Assembly (NCBI GenBank): GCA_951406725.2
Contig: OX597814.1
Coordinates: forward strand, 223,696,001 to 223,760,000
Length of the DNA stretch: 64,000 bases
From: Octopus vulgaris
Taxonomy: Eukaryota
Reading direction: 5' to 3'
The position numbers and the translations under genes are program-made. This document shows, one piece after another, positions 12,220 to 24,449 of this stretch. The notes below the pieces were generated by a model, which made no database searches, was not told the DNA's origin, and saw only the letters and a list, made by a program, of their open reading frames with translations. Each line of letters begins with the position of its first letter. Within the stretch, counting starts at the first letter, position 1.

Positions 12220-12741
12220 GTTTTTTTTTGTTTTTTTTTAAATAAATGTATTTAGAATAAAACTAAAAAACGAGAAGAAAAGGAAATCCGAAGAATGTCA
12301 CAATGAAAAACGGAGAGAGTCAAATAAAGTTGAAAAGAAAGTCAAATAAAGTTAAAAAGAAAGTCAAAAACACAGCAAAATCCTTTTGGCCATTTGGTAC
12401 TCCCGGCCTAAATCGAACCAGGGTCGCACAACTTCCACATAAATTGGTGTAAAATTGGTAGTTCTTCACAGCACCATACAATTTTCACAATTCGAAGACG
12501 GATACGCCCCCCAAATTTTCTCAGCGAGAAAAATATATCTGCCACATGTCGGCAGAATCAGAATTCTGAATCCAGTAGGACTTCCTGCATGTAAAAAATA
12601 ATTCTCAACAAAAACTCCCACTGGACACAGAAAACAGAATCTTACCTTACATGGGGCTTCCAAAGTTTCAATTCAAGACGGCTTCAAAAGCACATCTTCA
12701 CTGCTTCAGTAGCAAACACAACACTGACTCGCACATGCGCA

Positions 12742-12776
12742 GTTAGCAAGCTACTTACCACACAGCCACTCCTGCG
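12742..12776 (-). mobile_element. 5' head (A-box part) of tRNA-derived SINE family A, interrupted by the array
   Basis: Reverse complement cgcaggagtggctgtgtggtaagtagcttgctaac is identical to the start of the full SINE at 52134-52168. Confidence 0.92.
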
Positions 12777-15039
12777 TATGTGTGTGTGTTTTGTTTTGCT
12801 TTTGTTTTTGTTTTTTTGATGGGGACCGTTGACTTAACATTTTAAAGGCTAATGTTGATGAAATTAGTCGATAATATATCGTCAGAATACCCGCCAAACA
12901 GTCAGCACCACTAAGACTCTGAGCCGTGTATTTAATGACAAGTAAGACAGAACCATTGATAGTTAACTTTTTGTCAATTGTTCAGGTTCTACCCTTTTGT
13001 GATGGATCTATTTAGTTGGGGTGATAAGGTTCACCAGCAAAAGTAATTGATATGCTTACTTGGTGATTCATAAGAATAAGAGCAATGCCCATGACTTTCG
13101 CATCCTTTCCCAAATTAGAAATATACGGCTATCTGTTCTGAACGTTAACAGACCAATATCAGCAGATGAAAGGGAATTATAAAGGAATTGAGAATCTGGT
13201 AGGGAAAGCCCCAGAGAAAACTCTACTAAAAAGTACCCCCCAAATTAGTTGCTAGTGTTAAATTGTATGACATTCAACGGGAGATAATTTCACAAAACGA
13301 GGCTAAAGTTCCGTACACTAAGAGGTGTTTGATCCGTATCTTAAACTAATGGTTAAGGCAGGGATCAAAACATTGGCCTTGCATGTAGTTCAGAGAAGGT
13401 AGAATCTATCCATTCAGTTTTTCGCAGGACAAATACTTTCTCTGCTGGCGAAAAATATGCTTGTTTATCACTATATGTTTAAGGTACTTATAATTTTAGC
13501 TATGGAATTATTGCTCACTATAACCAGTATATACATATCATGATTGATCAACAGTGCTATCATACTTCTTTATGCTATTGATTGTTGTTTACAGTAATCT
13601 TTATATTTATTTTTTCTAAAGAATTTGTTTGTTTTCTTCTCTTCATCCGCTTTCTTTCAAATATGCTTGAATTTGCTCTGAGACAACATTTCTTTCAAAA
13701 CATACCAAACCGTTTTAAAAACAACGGACACTTTGGATAATGTAGTCTTAGATAAACTAAATAAGATTACTCGAACGTATTTGATTTTATAATTACTCGA
13801 TCAGAACTGGTCTAGTGTTAAACAACAGCAAAGAAATCTTAGGTGCCTCTACCCAATAAAACTTATATAATTTGGAATATAGGGAACACATATCTAGTTA
13901 AGGAAGATTTAATTCCATTCCTGTTCAAACAGCTTTACTGCTGTTTTATTAACAAACGTGATCTTAACTAACTGTTTAAGATTATAGGAAAGAGTATGTT
14001 GTGACGTTCATTATTCGGAGCGACAAAATAATTAAAATGTGTTCAACGTTGTTTATTGGTCGTAGTTATCTGACCGCATACCAATAGCTCACGCCAGGCT
14101 AGACTTATGTTTGTGTGTGTGTGTGCGTGCGTGTGTGTGTGTGTGTGTGTGTGTGTACCAATTTCTTAGAAGTTATCACATGGGCATAATTTATTCCAAA
14201 GCGGTCAATGTCATTCTACTGAATGAGAGCAAAATGAGTGAATATATTCATGGTTTTGAATATGAAAAGCCAGCTAGTGGAACTGAAGACATCTTCAAGA
14301 AAAGCCATAAAAATTCTGCATGTATAGAAGAATGAGTTATTCTGCTTAGATTACTCTATTTCCAAAGAATCTTCTAAGCAAAAGAACCGGTGAAAGAATA
14401 GATTGAAATATCGAATACAATCCTGACAATTCCACAGCTTTTAAGTCAATATTAACACACTCCGGAAGGCATCTTAATATTCAAATGCGTATTCTTCTAT
14501 AATATACATATATTTCCTGTTCAAATACTTTTATTCTGTCTAAATACCTTATATAGCTCAAATATATGAAACCAAGAAAAAGTAATTAATATAAGTAATA
14601 TGATTAAGTTTTCTCTTTTTTTCTTTTATTATATATTAAAGTTGTCTAACCTCTTTAGAAATCACGAATGACATTGTGATGAAAAGGTTATGTGAAAAGA
14701 TAAGACGAGATAAGTCATACATATTTGTAATTAGTTATCATAATGATTTCCTGTTGAGGAGATCGAAGGAAGCGTCAAAGTGGAGTTAGTTTCCAATTGA
14801 ATGCATCGTGTAGCAGCAGGAAAAGTAATATGAAATGTGCTTTTATTTGTAGTTTTTTTTTTCAATTACACATTGGAACCATTTGATATTAATCTCAGTT
14901 TTTTTTTTATTTTGTTACGTAAAAAGTTATGAGAATTTAATAAAAAAAAAGGCGAAACATTTAATTTCACTTTTCTCCGACGCTAATATATACACACACA
15001 CTTATAAGCACACATGCACTGATGTGTACACGTCATTAT

Positions 15040-15056
15040 ATATACATATATGCGTG

Positions 15057-15095
<39 letters not shown>

Positions 15096-15231
15096 ATGTA
15101 CGTATGTATGTATGTATGTATATATGTATGTGTGGGTATGTATGTATGTATATATTTATATATATATATATATATTCATATATATATATATATATACATG
15201 TATATGTTTGTGGGCATGTGTGTATATGTTG

Positions 15232-15275
<44 letters not shown>

Positions 15276-15370
15276 TTATGTATGTATATATGTATATATA
15301 TATGTATGCATTTAAGTATGTATGTATGCACGCATGTACGTGTATATATGAATATAAATATAAACATGTA
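15040..15370. repeat. Compound (TG)n/(TATG)n/(TA)n microsatellite
   Basis: Seen directly. Confidence 0.95.
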
Positions 15371-16156
15371 TATGTAGAAAATATTGTCTTATACTGAATT
15401 ACATTGCATTATTTTATATTATATTACATCATATTAAATGATATAATATTACATTATCTTATATGATATTATATAATATCATAAGTGTGTAAGTATGGAG
15501 TGACAGAAAAACAGATTTAAAGAAAGTGTGAAGATTTGAAATTATAATAATTTATTAATGCATTAGAATGTTTAAAGGGAAAATGGAAGCTGTGATGTTG
15601 AAATATCTCCCAAGTCTAATATATCCGAATATAGTCTTTGTCCCATTTTATTATCCAAATGCAATATAGCATGTTTATGTATACATGATTTATAGATAAG
15701 ATGGAGCACAGATTTATAAATATCATTGAAATTGCGTTTCAATAGACTTGTTGAGTTAAAAGGAATATATTCAAGTGCAATGATGAGAAATGTATTCATG
15801 CGGTGTTGGGAGATTTTTCAATATTATTGAGAACAATGTGTACGTCTCGCGTATACGTCATGCATCGTTCTTCGGCAACCAAAGGGCTGGGCTATAATAA
15901 CATATGTCATCGTCAAAATAGCAGGGGTCGGAAATTATCAATGATAGTTCACCAGCCACTAAGCGGCAAAGATTGTTCAGAAATATAATTAATTGTAACA
16001 CATAGTCAAAGACATGTAAGTTGATATTGATATACATATGCTTGAGCCTTTGTGTCTGTATGACTTTATAAACACACACACGTACATATAAGTGCAATTG
16101 CCTAGTACTGGCTTCAGTCACTTAAGTACAGTCATTATGAAATCATATCAAAACTA

Positions 16157-17035
16157 CAGGAAGTTCGCACTAAATTTGACGGATTTTTATGTCTTCTTTC
16201 TTCAAGAACAATTTGATGTATTGGTGGACAGTCAATGGAGTTGGTGAGCATAAAGATTAAAGTTGTAGTTGAGAAAAAATTAGCAGACATGGAGGCCTGG
16301 AAGCGATCTGAAGATTAGAAAAGAGTTACTTGTATCATGATGATTCTCGCCGGGTATTAAAATGCCGATATCATAACAACTGCTCAGTGCTCTGTAAACA
16401 CTGTAAAGTCTGTAAGACGTAACAAAGGCAGCTGCAACGGAGACTACGAAGCCGTAACAAGCAGGAAACGACACAGCAGGCATTCTGACTGCGTGCGCAC
16501 GCCAGGGTCCATCCAGCAACAGGGCCTTAGGCTCAGTTTAGATGTCTGCTAAAGACTGTGATCAATCCATGGCTGAAGGAGGTTACTGCTGCAAGGCCAC
16601 ATATGTGACGGCAATATTCGGCTCCTTGACATACGTCCAGAAGGTGTCAGAAGCGGTTATCGGAAATTTTTCTACGACTTCACCGAATTTCTGACCTCCT
16701 AATTCCTCCAATTCTAATCGCATGGATTTCTATGCATGAGGCGCGGTTGAAAAAGATACAAACCGCTCTGTATGCAACACCAAGGCCGAGCTGGTGACCA
16801 AGATCAAGGAGGTGTTTGAAGATTTCCCCAGTGTCACAGGGCAGAACGCATGCGCTAGGTCCAGGAGCAAATTTGAGGGCCGCAGTGGAAGCTGAGGGCC
16901 GTTTCTTTCAGTAAACTTTTATCTCCCAATCATAATTTCGTTGATTTTTATTGTTTAAACATACTTTTACTTTTGGATGACACATAGTGTTTACTTTCTT
17001 TTGTATAAACTGTCAAATTTAGACCGAATACCCTG
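16157..17035 (+). mobile_element. Decayed Tc1/mariner (DD37D/maT-like) DNA transposon
   Basis: Imperfect TIRs caggaagttcgcactaaatttgac / gtcaaatttagaccgaataccctg, both flanked by TA. Internal remnants resemble QQDSAPxH (~16610) and WPPNSPDLNPMD (~16690). Confidence 0.8.
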
Positions 17036-17129
17036 TATAATAGGATCATATAGTCACATACACAATATACTCATGAGGGTATACTACTACATATGTGTCT
17101 ATATGTGCATATGTGTATAACGTGAAGAG

Positions 17130-17490
17130 GTCACTGTTGGTCTACGACGGCAAGATTTGAGTTATGTAAATCGATAAAACGTGTTCAGTGAACTTGCCGC
17201 GAGGTGTGCAAAATCCAACGTTTCGGACAATGTCTTTCTTCAGAGAACATTTGGGGGAAGAGAAATAAATGAGGGCCTGAAAAGTTTTCCATACTCTAAA
17301 TAAAACGACGAGCTGCAGTTGATAAAGAACATAGGACAACGTGAGAGTCATACGTGAACAAGAAGTAGTAGGAGAAACAATGCGAAAGAAGAAGGAGTGA
17401 GAAATGGGATGATAAGAAGCATGTAAAATTGAGAGTGAGGTGAAGGGAAAATATGAAGGGAGAGTGGAGTTAAAAAAATAGAAATACCTT
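17130..17490 (-). mobile_element. Penelope-like terminal-repeat remnant with degenerate hammerhead motif
   Basis: Pyrimidine-rich tract followed by ctgaaga-aagacattgtcc-gaaacgtt on the minus strand (17213-17248). Confidence 0.4.
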
Positions 17491-17502
17491 AATGAACTAA
17501 GA

Positions 17503-19236
17503 GGGCGTATCCGTCTTCGAATTGTGAAAATTGTATGGTGCTGTGAAGAACTACCAATTTTACACCAATTTTTGTGGAAGTTGTGCGATCCTGGTTCGAT
17601 TTAGGCCGGGAGTACCAAATGGCCAAAAGGATTTTGCTGTGTTTTTGACTTTCTTTTTAACTTTATTTGACTTTCTTTTCAACTTTATTTGACTCTCTCC
17701 TTTTTTCATTGTGACTTTCTTCGGATTTCCTTTTCTTCTCGTTTTTTAGTTTTATTCTAAATACATTTATTTAAAAAAAAAAAAAAAAACATGGCAACAA
17801 AAGAAACCACCGCTATGGAATGGGAGGTCGTCCCACCCAAGCAGTGGATTGAAAGTCTTGAGAAGAGGACGGTGGTCCTACGAACCTATTCTAGGTCGCG
17901 TGGAGCCATTGCCCTCTTCGACAGGAATACTATAGAGAAAGAGTTGGGGGAATACCTGCCAACTATAAAATTTATTTCTCGGGGGACTAAATTTGCAATG
18001 GTGTGGTTGCTGTTTGGTACCCCCGAGGAAGCTAGCAGATTTGCTAGCGAGCCACTGGAGGGAGAGGAAATTTTGTTCCTCCCCTCGTATTGTGGCAGAA
18101 AAGTGAAAAGAGCCTGGGTGTGTGGGCTGCCCCCGGGCACGGAGGCGGAATGGATCGAGAAGACCATCCGGCGAGGCCTGGGGGATAGAGGACCCAGACT
18201 GCTGAGTGTGAAGGTGGCTCCCGCGGTCGCCTGGCAGGGGTCGAGGGCAACTTTGACCCTGTGGACACCGGTAGCCGTGGGAGAAATGAAATTCCCGGAC
18301 TTCCTGAGAATGGCTGGGCACAGGTACCCGGTGATACTCGAGGGTCGCCCCCCCCAAGTGTCACCTGTGCCTGAAGCCCGGACATATCAGGAAGAATTGT
18401 CCCAGGGGCCGTGGTGGTGCCCCGGAGCAGAGAGGGGAAAAGGCGCCCGCCGCCCCCTCATTGGAGGGGGAGACGATGGAAGTCGTGGAGGAGGTTGCCT
18501 CCACGAAAAGAAAGAGAAAGGCGAGCAACAATGGTTGCCCGCCAAAGAACGCTCAGGGGGCGAAGGGGGATAGCAATCCCCCGTGTCTGGTGACGGAGTC
18601 CCCTGGGTCACCAGTCTCCCCAAAAGGAGGAGAAAAAGGAGAGGTCGGACGACTGACGTTTCTGTGTCGCCGACGGAGCCGCGGGTGGGATGTGTGCCAC
18701 CCGCGGACAAGGCTCCGCCAGTAGGAAGTGTGCCACCGACGGAGCAGTGTGAGGTCCCTCCCTGTGAAGAGGAGATGCTTCTCCTCGTTTACCACAAGGG
18801 AGAGGAGGTTGAAAGATTCTTGAATGGCTTGGGTGACCGAGAGCGTAAGGGCACGGTCGGCTCAAGGAGTCCGTCATGGCCTCCGCGGGTAGCTGCGGAA
18901 AAAGTAACAGAAGATACTTTGTCATGGGTCGCAGAGACCTTTGAAAAGAAAGACTTTACCTTTCTCTTTGCAGGCCCCGACTTGTCGTCGCAGAGTTGTC
19001 TGCAGGCGGCAAGACAATTTGCTTCGGGGACCTGACGAGAAGAATTGTTGAACAATTTTTGAACATTTTATTAAATGTATTTATTGAAACATTGTTTTAG
19101 AGAAGCGAAAGTCGGCGGGCGCTTTCGACTTCTCCCATCACCATCTTCATCCACCACCACCATCATCCATTAATGTCCTTGTCCAGCCCGTAGCTACTAC
19201 TCTGTGTGCTGCCCTAGTGGCAAATTATATAAAATA
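17503..19236 (+). mobile_element. Solitary, inverted, 5'-truncated copy of the array element
   Basis: Collinear with the reverse complement of an array unit, lacking ~245 bp of the 5' end. Ends ...ggcaaattatataaaataaa followed by the SINE motif variant aagtagcttggttacc (19237-19252). Confidence 0.95.
17791..19035 (+). CDS. L1/Tx1-type ORF1, solitary copy (+1 and -1 homopolymer indels, one 3-nt deletion)
   Basis: ORFs 17791..18573, 18461..18724 and 18583..19035. The N-terminal ~190 codons are open (G5 run intact). Confidence 0.8.
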
Positions 19237-19252
19237 AAGTAGCTTGGTTACC

Positions 19253-19912
19253 TAAGTTGCTGACTTCCGTTTAACATACTTCCTGTTTGTGTCTTCAGCT
19301 GTTCAGAAGCGCATTTTTTGTTCTGTGGATTACCTGTTTTCTATGTGGAGTACCTGTCTAAACTGTCTCTTCTATTCAGATTATTATTTGTGAATTTTTT
19401 CTGACGCCTCCCAGAGCGGGAAGGTAAGAAACATTTTTTTGAAAATTTCTGTGCAAAAAAAAACTGAACTTTATTAAGCCGTTGTAGGCTTTTTGTTGCG
19501 CCCCGCCCCCAAGTGGGGAAGGGATTGGAACTACCATCTTTTGTTAGGCTTAGTGGAAGCTATATTACGTTTTTTCTTAACATTTTCTGAACTATTATTA
19601 TAGGCTCCCACTTTTGTGGGGGTAATACATTTGTTTTTTGTTGTGTGAACGAATTATTGTTGAACCGATGTAAAGCTTTACACCGAACCCCACCCCCAGT
19701 GGGGGTAGGACTTGAAACATTATCCTCCCTAGAAGGAAAAACTCTGTCTTGTTTCTGACTTTGTTAATTTCGGCCGTGTATGTTGGTCGAAATTATCAGA
19801 AATGTACCCTCGAAGAGGGAGGTGTCAGTGCTAGCAATGGTGCCACCACTGCTAACAAGTTTGTGGCTGTTTCAGCCGTTGCAAAAGATACAATTAATAT
19901 TCCCCTAGAATA
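19253..19912 (+). mobile_element. Unidentified element 5' region lying at the same SINE target motif (putative sibling family)
   Basis: Starts immediately after the SINE motif. Contains ETS-like acttccg/acttcctg, an AAG|GTAAGA donor-like site (~19423) and four C-run/G-run hairpins. Followed by the SINE 3' half. Confidence 0.5.
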
Positions 19913-19919
19913 CTTATAT

Positions 19920-20146
19920 ATGTATGTGTGTGTGTATATGTTTGTGTCTGTGTTTATCCCCCCAACATCGCTTGACAACCGATGCAGGTGCGTTTACGTC
20001 CCTGTAACTTAGCGGTTCGGCATAAGAGACCTATAGAATAAGTACTAGGCTAACAAAGAATAAGTGTCGGGGTCGAATTGTTCGACTAAAGGTGGTACTC
20101 CAGCATGGCCGCAGTCAAATGACAGAAACAAGTAAAAGTCAAAGAA
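19920..20146 (+). mobile_element. SINE family A, 3' half
   Basis: cgcttgacaaccgatg...cagcatggccgcagtcaaatgacagaaacaagtaaaag matches 52330-52535. Confidence 0.9.
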
Positions 20147-20848
20147 AAACCAACCCCAGGCCTTGCTCACTAACGTGCAGTGTCCCTTACTCTGCCGTCT
20201 CTACTGCTACTTCAGTAGCATCTACTCCTCAGAGATGGTAGACTATGGGCCATTTACTATCAAATTCGAAAAGAGAATTGACTCATCCGTCTCCCCCAAT
20301 GCCGCCTCCTCTCATGCCTCACATTGACCATGAAATCTAATACTTTCCTTTTTAGTCATAACTCATATTTGTCCTGCAACCATCGACATGCTCTAAAACC
20401 GAGCGAACACTAACATTATAATTCTCTCAAGTCACAAGGAAAGGACCTTCCTTCAATTCAAACAACTTAAAGAATAGGTGTGTGTTTTGTGTGTCTATCT
20501 ATCTGTCTGCGTGTGTGTGAAGGTGTGTGCGTGTACATGTGTATGTATGTATGTGTGTGTTTAGTACGTTTATTTATGCATATAACCAATTGGCACACGC
20601 CCAGGCAATTAGAGAGCTAGTCAGATGTACAAATACATATACTTAGCTCAGAGTGTTTGTCACTGACGACACCAGAATCAGATAAAAAAAACACCCCTTG
20701 TTTGATGCTGCTGGTGTTATTCTGAGATTATTGTGTGTTTTTAACACATAAAGACATAAAGTCTCTTAAGTGAAGTTTCTTTGAGAAAAATATTACAGCT
20801 CGCACCGTTCTACGTTTGTATGTACATCTTAAGTGTTATACACATTGT

Positions 20849-20899
<51 letters not shown>

Positions 20900-21909
20900 T
20901 ATATATACATATGTGTGTGTGTGTGTGTGTGAGTGTGTGTGTGTTTGTGTGTAGACCGAAACAAAAGCAGACATACAGACAGATTTACGCAGATGTGTAG
21001 TTATTTCATATATGTGCATGTGTAGGAATAGATGCATATGAACGCCTACACACAAACATTCAGATATGTATATATATGTATGTATGAATGTATGTATATA
21101 TACATCATACATGCACATATACATTTATATATCTGTATGCGTGTATGTGTGATATAATTTTATATGTAATATAATACATGATGTATCATATTTAGCGTTT
21201 CTTTTTAACGAAGCTTAATGGCGTTATAATTTTAGGGGATGGAAAATGCGATACTGTTTATGCTTCTAGGCTTTAATAAATTCAATTGCTATGTTAGCCA
21301 ATTATAATAATAGCGTTAAATCATGATTCAAAATTGCATACAGTTCTCAACTCTACAGTTAACTAAGATGACAACTACAGCAAGTTCACTGATTCTGTAA
21401 ATCTGTTAAGATTCTCGATCGGAATCAATTCTTCTTCGTGTCTACTACCAATACCTTTAGGAAAAGGCATAGACATCAGTAAATCTATTTCCTCTCCTTA
21501 AAAATAGATATAGGCATGCGCGTCTTGTCACATGAAATCAATACTCTTCTTATAACCGTTTCGTTAATATCAGTCTTGATCAAATTAAACCGTCACTTAG
21601 ACGTCGATTTTATACAGTTCCTTTCCTTCTATTTTCAATACTAAGTTCTCTTTATACAGCATTTCGATTGACGTCATATAATAGTGGTAGTGGTGGTGGT
21701 GGTGGTAGTAGTGAAGGTGGTAGAAGGGTTGTCGAAAAGGAAAGGATGAAATTCCGGATGAAGCTCCTTACATTCTGATCTCAATAACATCAATTGTCAG
21801 AGAAGCTTGATACTTTGAAACAATAAAAGGCTTGATAAAGTTGCACTACTACCACTACTACTGCTGTTGATGATGATGATGATGATGATACTAATAATAT
21901 ATTAAATGT

Positions 21910-22040
21910 GAACAGCTAAGTCGACAGAGTCGTTAAAGTATTGAACAGAGTTGTGGTTATCGTTCTGGCTCTCTACGCTCATAGTTTTAATTCCACCAAA
22001 GTCAACTTTGTCCCCAAGTTCGATAGATAAAGTACCAGTC
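21910..22040 (+). mobile_element. SINE family B, diverged
   Basis: agttttaattccaccaaagtcaactttg...gataaagtaccagt resembles the reverse complement of 48470-48560. Confidence 0.55.
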
Positions 22041-23639
22041 CTGTACAGGAGACAGTTCCGCTCTCTTTTCTTTTATTTTACTTTCTGTTTATCTGTCTTT
22101 CTGTCTTCTTGAAGAAATAGGCTGTGGTTAGATGAGGAGGTGACTGGGCTCCGCCAAACCTAAAAAGTAACCTGAGAAACGTTATATGGCAAAATGGTCC
22201 CTCAATGACAACATCAAGTTATTGAGAGCCCAGGACAAAGCAAAGCATGTGAACTGAACCGTGACAAGATTTTCCTGCACCAAGTTGTTAATCTCTTCAA
22301 GCTAAGATATCGATATTGTTTCAATTCTCGCAATAAACTTTTTCGGCGTGTCCTTCAGAATATGTAAGAATTTTATACACCAGTTATTCTTTAAGAACTG
22401 GTTGTTTCGATCAAATTGTTGAAAGTTATAAAATATACTACGTAGTTGCACAGTAGTAAATTTACCTTGTTTGAGAAGTGTTGAAAAGCAGTAGAAATAA
22501 TACTCTTCGGTTTTAAATGGTTGAATTCTAAAGAAGAAAAGGTAAATATCCGGACATACAGATATTGCGATATAATTTCAGTTCGTAATTGAAGTAATTT
22601 TAGTCCACTTAAACCAATATAATATACTTTGTGAAAGGTATTAACAACGTGCTATATATTTCCTTGTTCCACTAAACTGTAACGGTTTTGTGTATGATAA
22701 AAATCAAATACTGTATTCACATTATATAGAATTTCCGATTCTTAACAACCATACTATCAATTTTCATTAAGTAAAAGTATTTATTGATTTTTTGTTCCTC
22801 CATAGTGTCAATACGTCAACTCAAAACTGTTCAAATAATTTTCTCGAACGTTGATTGCTAAAGAATAGGTTAAACCGCCCTTAAATGTATTTGAAATCAG
22901 ATCTCCTGTTAACCATTCGATAACGACTTCTGATCTAACTGGATGTTTCATATTACCACAATTCAACGTCATTTCTTTTTATTTCTATCTTCTAATTTTT
23001 TTCTCTTGCTTCTCTTTCATGCTAACAAACTATTGTTATCTTTCCAGACCAAACACACCCAGCCTCTAAGATAGCAACACTTAAGTACAACAGCATAAAT
23101 ATTCAGGTTGAACCTTTAAATAGAATGGTTGAAGGCAAAATGATTCACAAGAAATGACTGCTGTTCTTTTTCTTACGCTGAGCATAAATGGTCTTCCGTC
23201 CATAACTACCTCAGTTTATCTTCGGTTTTTTTTTTTTCTTAAAATTTGTGGTATTTAAGAATACATTAGTTATTGTGTTTTTCTTTTTATTTGAAGGGTG
23301 TGGTTTAAAGATTATTTCGCTGTCATCACGTCCAGTGACGGTTAAATCATACCCTATACCGCAGTGTATTCTGAGTGTCATAAAGGATATCTAGATGTAC
23401 TTCAGATTCTGAAAATATGATTTACTGGTTTAGAAAATCCTTATTTATTCTAGGATGTCTAAAAAACGTTTAAGTCAAAATTTGTATTGCAGAAATATGA
23501 TCAATATAATAAAGTAAACAACAGCTCACAATATTTTGTTAAAACTGTTTAACTTTAAAACATTGCACCAATAAGCTTTTATATATAATCTTCAGTACGC
23601 CATAAAATCAAAACATTTGAAAAAGACTGGCGTTGAGAC

Positions 23640-23960
23640 CCCGTCGTTGACAGGCTGGTTTCATCGAAAAAATTCGAAGACAGAATGGAAAAGGATTTCG
23701 TTCAAATATCTCAGATCACTTGATCGTCTTATGGAACATGCTTCAGCTTATATGAAAGGCATCAGACCAGCCGAATGAACTCTAACAAACGCCGGAAGAG
23801 ATACTCTTGAGGAGACATGCCTGGAGATGAACGTAGAAATAAGAATAAAGAGAGAATGAAAAGTACTGACAAAGACAACACTGGATAGGAGTGATGAACT
23901 GTACCGAAAGCAGCGACAGAAATGAACAGCTACGTAAGATGGTGTTGAGTTATGTGCATT
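23640..23960 (+). mobile_element. Decayed RTE-like LINE fragment
   Basis: Weak resemblance to RTE reverse-transcriptase and 3' end motifs; heavily degenerate. Confidence 0.3.
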
Positions 23961-24135
23961 GAAGCTTAAATCATTTCTAGAATGGGAAAGGAGACACGTA
24001 GTTCATAAACAGTTTAATAAGGGAGTGTTTATAGAATGTAGGTTAGTAGAAAACTTGCTGATCTATAAATAGCCTATGAACAATTTTTCTCCTTACGAAA
24101 CTGTAACGGAATAAAACTCATTAACATACTTATTT

Positions 24136-24449
24136 CTTTTTTTTTTCGCCCTTTTCAAGCTTAGCCAAGCTCATGGGCCCGGTTTCCCGGCTTCTGTGGC
24201 GTATGTGTTCCCCTCAGCTGGACGGGACGCCAGTCCATCGAAGCGTTACTCAAGAAAAAGGAAGAGAGAGTGAAAGAAAGTTATGGCGAAAGAGTACAAC
24301 AGGGGTCGCCACCGACCCCTGCCGGAGCCTCGTAGAGCTTTTAGGTGTTTTCGATCAATAAACACACACAACGCCCGGACTGGGAATCGAAACCGCGATC
24401 CTGCGACCGCAAGTCTGCTGCCCTAACCATTGGGCCATTGCGCCTCCAC
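24136..24449 (-). mobile_element. tRNA-derived SINE family C with poly(A) tail and 13-bp target-site duplication
   Basis: Minus-strand head tggcccaatggttagg...ggtttcgattccc (A/B boxes); poly-T at ~24137-24146 on +; TSD aacatacttattt at 24123-24135 and 24450-24462. Confidence 0.88.

Larger units (their letters stand above)
1..12741 (-). repeat. Head-to-tail tandem array of ~2.0-kb ORF1-only retroelement units (6 complete + 1 partial; continues left of window)
   Basis: Near-identical units with a period of ~1995-2002 bp. Junction motif gttagcaagctactt (+ strand) at 756-770, 2758-2772, 4757-4771, 6758-6772, 8754-8768, 10747-10761 and 12742-12756. Confidence 0.97.

Noticed and set aside
400-12663. 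Many plus-strand and short 5'UTR ORFs within the array
   Set aside because: Antisense or alternate-frame shadows of the GC-rich ORF1; lengths vary between units and they contain no recognisable motifs.
1-12741. CRISPR-like interpretation of the repeated 15-mer
   Set aside because: The intervening sequences are near-identical 2-kb units rather than unique spacers; there are no cas genes; the context is eukaryotic.
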